Shown piece after piece: positions 58,382 through 64,000 of a stretch of DNA of 64,000 nt (position 1 is its first letter; each line of letters starts with the position of its first letter). Source of the DNA: Podarcis muralis (lineage: Eukaryota); the NCBI RefSeq assembly GCF_964188315.1, contig NC_135662.1:39122001-39186000 (forward strand), read 5' to 3'. The position numbers and the translations under genes were made by a program. The notes below the pieces were generated by a model that was given only the letters and a program-made list of their open reading frames with translations, did no database searches and had not been told where the DNA came from.

Positions 58382-60546
58382 ATGTAGAGCAGATAAGGTG
58401 GTGATACAAAAAGCACGGTGGTTGTGAGAGCAGGTTACAAGCAGCAGAAGTGAGTAGGGGGGAAGTGGGTGGGAGCCATAATTGGGAGCACCCTTCCTCT
58501 GAGATGGACTCTTTGTTCTTGAGCTGTGATCATTAAAATCTCTTTATATGGTAAGAGACTATTTTTGCTTTCTTCTATTTATCCACGGCCAAAGGGAGGG
58601 AGGAAGTCTCTCTCCCGAAGCATGACACCATTGGACCATTTAGCTCAGTATTGTCTACACTGACTGGCAGTGGCTCTCCAGGATTTCAGGCAGGGGTCTT
58701 CCCCAACCCTACCTGGTGATCCATCTGAGCTATGGCCCTTCTCTATGTTGTTATAAGATTTTTCATAGTTGTCAACCATTCTGATCTTGGACATCAATTA
58801 TTTCCAATGCAGAGGGCAAGAGTTTGAAATCTAAATTAAAGCTATAAAATGAGGCACTTGTTTTACTTAATGCCTGTGATACGAAATGCTATACAACTGT
58901 AATTCAGCTTGATGTATCAACCAATTCACTATGTAGATATTTCAGCCCTCAGCTATGATTGACTGCTTAGTCATAAGCAAAATAAATGGGAACTATGAGC
59001 TGGATTAACTTGTAGAGCATATTCATTAAGATGTTTGGATAGAAATATAAAAGTTATATTTCAGCTAACTGTTGCATACCCAAACGAAAGCAGACCACAA
59101 AAGGACATTGTGATGAATTATAGTGTGACTGTATGATAAAGTGCGATAAAAAAATACCCTGATGTATCTGGGACACTAGTATTTGAAAGATATAAACATT
59201 AAGCCTGAAGGTTGAAATTACTTAGAAGATAGCCCAGAATATACCTTCCAATATTATCAGACCTGACACTACTGCCAAATAGGACAAGTACAGACAAATT
59301 GCCTAAGCCAGACCTTACAAACACCATTAGCACATTTAATGGATGCAGCTTCTTTGTTGTGCTGTAGGCTGAAACACAGCTGAACTTTCCAACTAATCAT
59401 TTCAGATAACCAAGCCTGCAGCAGAAAGCAACTAGAGAAAAGAAAGGGATTTACTTGTAAATGCCGTTCTGGGGAAAGAGACAATGTCCTTCTATTCAAA
59501 TAGACCATAGGGATTCCCAAATGGCTGAAGCCAGCTTTAATTGCTAGTATGACAATTACATTTGCCTTTCAAAGTTTTACATAGCCCCAATTGTATAGAG
59601 AATTCAAAACAGCTCATCCTAGGAGGAGAGGTTAGAAAGGGTTGTGTTGGTAGTGTGGAAAAGCTATCAATAGGGGAGGGCTGTGTCATTCACAAGATAT
59701 GGTGAATGGAGGACCTATATTTTGGGGGTCCTGAAACCTGAACTGTTATGGGGGACCCTTTGCAACTAACAAACTGTAATGGGTGACCATTGTGATCTTC
59801 TTCAATGGGGTTGTTCCATGACAGAGCCTCAAATCTTTACAACATCTGTGGTATTGTTGAAATATATACAACAACAACAAAATCAATTTGAGTCATGCAA
59901 CTCAAATTGTGTCAACTACACTGAAAGTTTTTAAGCAATGTGAACCAAAATTATTTTTGGGCCCCTCCAGGATTAGGGCTTCTGAAGCTGAAGTTTCATT
60001 AGTTTCATAGTAGATCCGTCCTGGCATATGGTACTGGATTGTGACCTGGATAGTATTATGTAAAATTCCAACTTAATGGTTTTACACTTGTAAGTAGCCC
60101 ATGGAAATTGACAACCATGTTATCCTCAAGGCTTATCTGTTAAATGGAGATACCGATTTACTTCAGACAGTTGTTGAACTGTCTGAAGAAAGAGTTAATG
60201 ATTCTGGAGCATCTAACACATTCCAAGAACTATGCAAATTGGGATCTAGCCAACAAAGTTAAATGCTTTATTAAGTCTCATAGGCATTAACTGTAGTGAG
60301 TTAAAACACATTCCTAATTATCCCATTGAACTCAATGGGCCTTCAAGCTTGGGCTGCATTGCATGCATATTAATACTTCTAAAGTTGCTTAGTTTCTTTT
60401 GGTTTGCACCTATGAATAAAGCCAGCTTTAAAACTAGATGGCAGCCTCATAAGTCATACATCTTACAATGCAACATGATGTAGCCAACATTGGAGATTTT
60501 AAATTATATGTTTGTGCAATTATGAAATCTGAAAATTATATATACA

Positions 60547-60962
60547 CCGTATTTTTCTGTGTATAAGACTAAGTTTTTCCCCTTAAAAAAATGCAGTGGT
60601 ACCTTCGGTTACAGACGCTTCAGCTTATGAGATTTCGGGTTGCACACTGCGCCAAACCTGGAAGTACCAGAACAGGTTACCTCTGGGTTTCGGCACTCGT
60701 GCATGTGCAGAAACACTAAATCGTGCTTTGCACATGCGCAGAAGTGCTGAACCTGCAACCTGCACATGCACAGACGCGGTGTGGCGGGTTGCAAACGTGC
60801 CTCCCACACGGATCACATTCGCAACCCAAGGTTCCACTGTAATGTCAAAAATTATGGGATGTCTTATACTCTGAGCCATCTCCCCTCATTTTCTTAAAAC
60901 TGAGTCTCCCAGAATAGGTGGTGTCTTATACATGGGGGCATCTTATAGATGGAAAAATACGG
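60547..60962. mobile_element. Tc2/pogo-like MITE with a nested MITE
   Basis: TIR ccgtatttttctgtgtataaga / tcttatagatggaaaaatacgg; TA on the right flank, CA on the left. Confidence 0.8.
60594..60839. mobile_element. Tigger-like MITE nested in the Tc2-like MITE
   Basis: cagtggtaccttcggtt / aacccaaggttccactg; flanks TG / TA. Confidence 0.85.
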
Positions 60963-62538
60963 TATATTTTCAGTAACCCAAGACTTATGAGGCCTTTAAT
61001 GAAACTCATATCTTAAATCAGTATATTTCACAGTAGTGGCTGGTGCCCGATGGGACTGGTAGGGTGGAAGATAGGGTGACCAACAATAGGTGGAGCCTGA
61101 GTCAATAAAAGAATGAACCACTCCTCATTGGTTGTAAGTAAGAAGATAGGCATGCAGGGGCTGGCTGAGGACTGACTTAGATTGGCCCTAGCAGACCGGT
61201 CTCCACTGCTAAAAAGGAATGAATTTTGACTGAATACTTTTGATTATTGGGGAAATGTAGCACTTTTCTCATTCTTTGACTCAAACCTTTAACTTTTTTC
61301 TTGCTATTTGTGTCAGTAAAGAGACAAAATGAGCTATTCAAGAGTCTCACTAGGGGAGAGTTGGGAAGGTAATGGACCTTTTCATACTCCTGATGATGCA
61401 CCACTTTACCCTGGCCTTTGACACCTGAAACATATATTTTAGGTGCTAAAACACAGCTATTTTCCAAGTTCATGGGAAATAGTTTGTATTTTTCCCAAGA
61501 CCATTCTGAGCCTGGCTGGAGGAATTCTCCCCATCATTAACCTTAACGTTCTTATTTCACAGACGGGGAACTGAAGTGGGAGAGGTGATTTGCCCAAGGC
61601 AGCCTAATAGGTTTAGGACTTCTGCTAGGATCTGAGTGCATGTCTTACAGGTCTAAGACTATTAATTCTTGTGCTAGACCTGACTAGCTCTCCATCAAGA
61701 CTGTCACATTTGGGGGGCACAGTGGTGCTGAATTCTGCTTTCAGCAATCTACTTCTTCAGAGCCATTAGCTAGCTGAAGAACATAAATCATCTGTCATTA
61801 AGCATTAGGAACTTCTAGAGGAAGTATAATGTCTCTTACCATTCTCAAAACCATGTAATTTACACACTAGTTGAATTTATAATGTGAAAACTTGAATATT
61901 TGAAATGGTTTTGCAGCCATAGCACAAAGTGCAAGCTATATGAATATTTGAATTTGTCCAACGACACATCAATCACAGATTGATTCAAAATGGAATGAGT
62001 CATTGACATCAGTTGCAGGGCCAGTGGAACTTCAAATCCTCCTCTGTCTATTTCACTTAGGAGAAGACATGGAAAGGCAGGGATTAATATGCTCACCATG
62101 CTGCTGTTTTTTTAAAAACATAGTGTAACTCTCCCTTCCTATAAATCTCTCTGAGTCTTTCTCCTCCAGGTGTTGGATTCATCCCTCAGCTAAGGTCCAG
62201 GTTTATTTTCTTTTCTTTGGGGTAATGTGATTCACTAGGCTCTTGTTTTGGGCCATTTCTTAGGCCACTCCAACTTTCTACAGGAATCCGCTCTCTGCCT
62301 CTCAGAATGTTTTCCCGCTCCATCCTTTCTCTCCTTCTTGCCATAGCCAGTCTTTCTTCTCCTCTTAGTCTTATAATTATAGACATTTCCTTTCTTTAAA
62401 AGAATAAAATTGCATCTATTACCTCAAAGTAATTACCTCAAAAAATTACCTCAAAGTATCTGTCTACAAATAGCCAGGCCTAATCAACACTGTGCCTACA
62501 AATTTTATCCACTTTTGTGAAAAGGAAAAAAATATATA

Positions 62539-62788
62539 CAGTTGTACCTTGGATGTCAAACAGAATCCATTCTGGAAGTCTCTTCGACTTCCAAAATGTT
62601 CAAAAACCAAAGTGAGGATTCTGATTAGCTACAGGAAGCTCCTGCAGCCAATCAGAAGCCGCAGAAGCCCTGTCGGATGTTTGGCTTCCAAAAATAGTTC
62701 GCGAACCGGAACAGTCACTTCCGGGTTTGTGACATTCGGGAGCCAAAATGTTTGAGAACTAAGCTGTTTGAAAACCAAGGTATGACTG
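62539..62788. mobile_element. Tigger-like MITE
   Basis: TIR cagttgtaccttgg / ccaaggtatgactg; flanks TA / CA. Confidence 0.85.
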
Positions 62789-63040
62789 CAAAGCCATTTT
62801 AGGTTCCCTGTTATACTGAATGGAGCACAGAGTGGCTTAAGAATAAATCAGACTGCTTCCTAAAGGTACAGATACAAGCTGAATTTTCTGTCCTGTACAC
62901 ACGCCTGGGAAATTCCCCTTTAACACAAATTTTAAAGGCACAGAGTCTAGATTGAGAGTGCATGTGTGACAGAGTATGTCTGACAGTAAAAGCTACAGTC
63001 TGGGGAGGGAGGAGTGCTCCTGAAATCACTACCCATTAGC

Positions 63041-63070
63041 ATAGAATAGAATAGAATAGAATAGAATAGA
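63041..63070. repeat. (ATAGA)6 microsatellite
   Basis: Six perfect units. Confidence 0.95.
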
Positions 63071-63281
63071 AATTTAAAGTCATATAGTGATAGGGCTCAT
63101 GACCTGCTTATGGGCTTCCCATGGGCATTTGATTAGCTGTGAGAACAAGATGCTAGATTAGATGGGTTTATGATTAGGAAGCAGAATTGCATAGTGGAAT
63201 TAGTTAGGTAAACTGTTGAGAACAAAGAATATGTTCATTTAACTATATATCAGTTCATTCGTGCTCAGATATAAAGCAATG

Positions 63282-63471
63282 CATAGGAGCCAATTACCAG
63301 GGGCCATGGGGGCTCAGTACCCCACAATAAAATTTTTGAGGGGGCCAGGCCCCCACAAAGCTGATGTGCATTCCTATTCAAATGGTGTGTATGCACTGTA
63401 TCATGTGATCAATTATGTGGGGTGGGGCTTACCTGGCCCCCTACAATATTTTATTCAACTTGGCACCCCTG
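63282..63471. mobile_element. hAT MITE
   Basis: TIR cataggagccaa / ttggcacccctg; perfect 8-bp TSD aagcaatg (63274-63281, 63472-63479). Confidence 0.9.
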
Positions 63472-64000
63472 AAGCAATGCATGTAGAATTATGTTTGAGT
63501 TCTGGCATGCATCTGCATATAAAAAAGTATAAAATGAATGAGCCTAATATTTTAGGAATGGACCAAAATGAGTAATTTCACAGTCTTGCAATGTGATTTA
63601 ACTGATCTATAGTAATAAAATGATCTATAGTATCATCTATTCACATGCTCACAGTAGGGCAGATCATCCTTTAAGTCCAATTTCTGTTTGTTTGTTTTAA
63701 ATTATCCTCATAAAAGAAACAATATCTGATTAGATTCAAGAGCTCCTTTATTTATTATCCACATATTTCATCCACTTTTAGCTGACAATCTGTCAAGTTG
63801 ATGCAATCAATGATTGACAGTCTGGTAAAAGTTGGAGTTCAAACTTTAAAAATAATGAGAAACCAAGAGTATAGAAATAGTAGTGAAGTTATTAGTCTTT
63901 CCAGCCACCGAGTAACATTATTTTTTTTTTTTCATTTACGAGCTTGAAGGGTACCAATTTAAAATAAATAAATTTTCATGGACAAAGCTCAGCTCTATCC

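Larger units (their letters stand above)
55851..58627 (+). mobile_element. Solo LTR (~505 bp once inserts are removed), probably Gypsy-like
   Basis: TGTCA...TGACA termini, 5-bp TSD ccatt (55846-55850, 58628-58632), ATTAAA at 58532-58537. Confidence 0.8.
55815..58742 (-). mobile_element. tRNA-Ala-headed SINE split by an LTR (outer layer of the nest)
   Basis: 55815-55850 joined to 58633-58742 restores ...tcagaccattggaccatttagctcagtattgtctac..., collinear with copies at 12201 and 47054. Confidence 0.85.

Noticed and set aside
1-64000. Exons of expected neighbours OPRK1 and RB1CC1, NUMTs, non-retroviral endogenous viral elements, CRISPR-like arrays
   Set aside because: No matching peptide or repeat-spacer pattern seen; neighbours are expected only from human synteny and would lie outside the window

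Overview
Vertebrate genomic DNA, inferred to be from a squamate and probably a lacertid lizard (Sauria SINEs, Bov-B LINE, squamate-type L2/CR1 tails). There is one recognisable host gene: a minus-strand class A GPCR with an uninterrupted CDS matching neuropeptide B/W receptor 1 (NPBWR1, ATG at 15584, 332 aa). I predict for it a non-coding first exon, a TATA plus E-box promoter, several uORFs and a poly(A) signal. The rest is intergenic DNA dense in transposon relics: eight Sauria SINEs, other tRNA-headed SINEs, L2/CR1/Bov-B fragments, hAT and Tc1/mariner MITEs with visible TIRs and TSDs, LTR-like pieces, microsatellites and one 226-nt assembly gap. The best-supported unusual structure is a four-layer nested retroelement (SINE > solo LTR > SINE > Bov-B) at 55.8-58.7 kb, reconstructable from TSDs and sister copies in the window. 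Also notable are a ~218-bp palindrome just downstream of NPBWR1, a perfect 23-bp hairpin at 46.5 kb, a hydrophobic 43-aa uORF, a CTCF-like site and two exon-like units near the left edge. I found no demonstrably new multi-gene system. Repeat family names come from recalled consensus features, not database searches.
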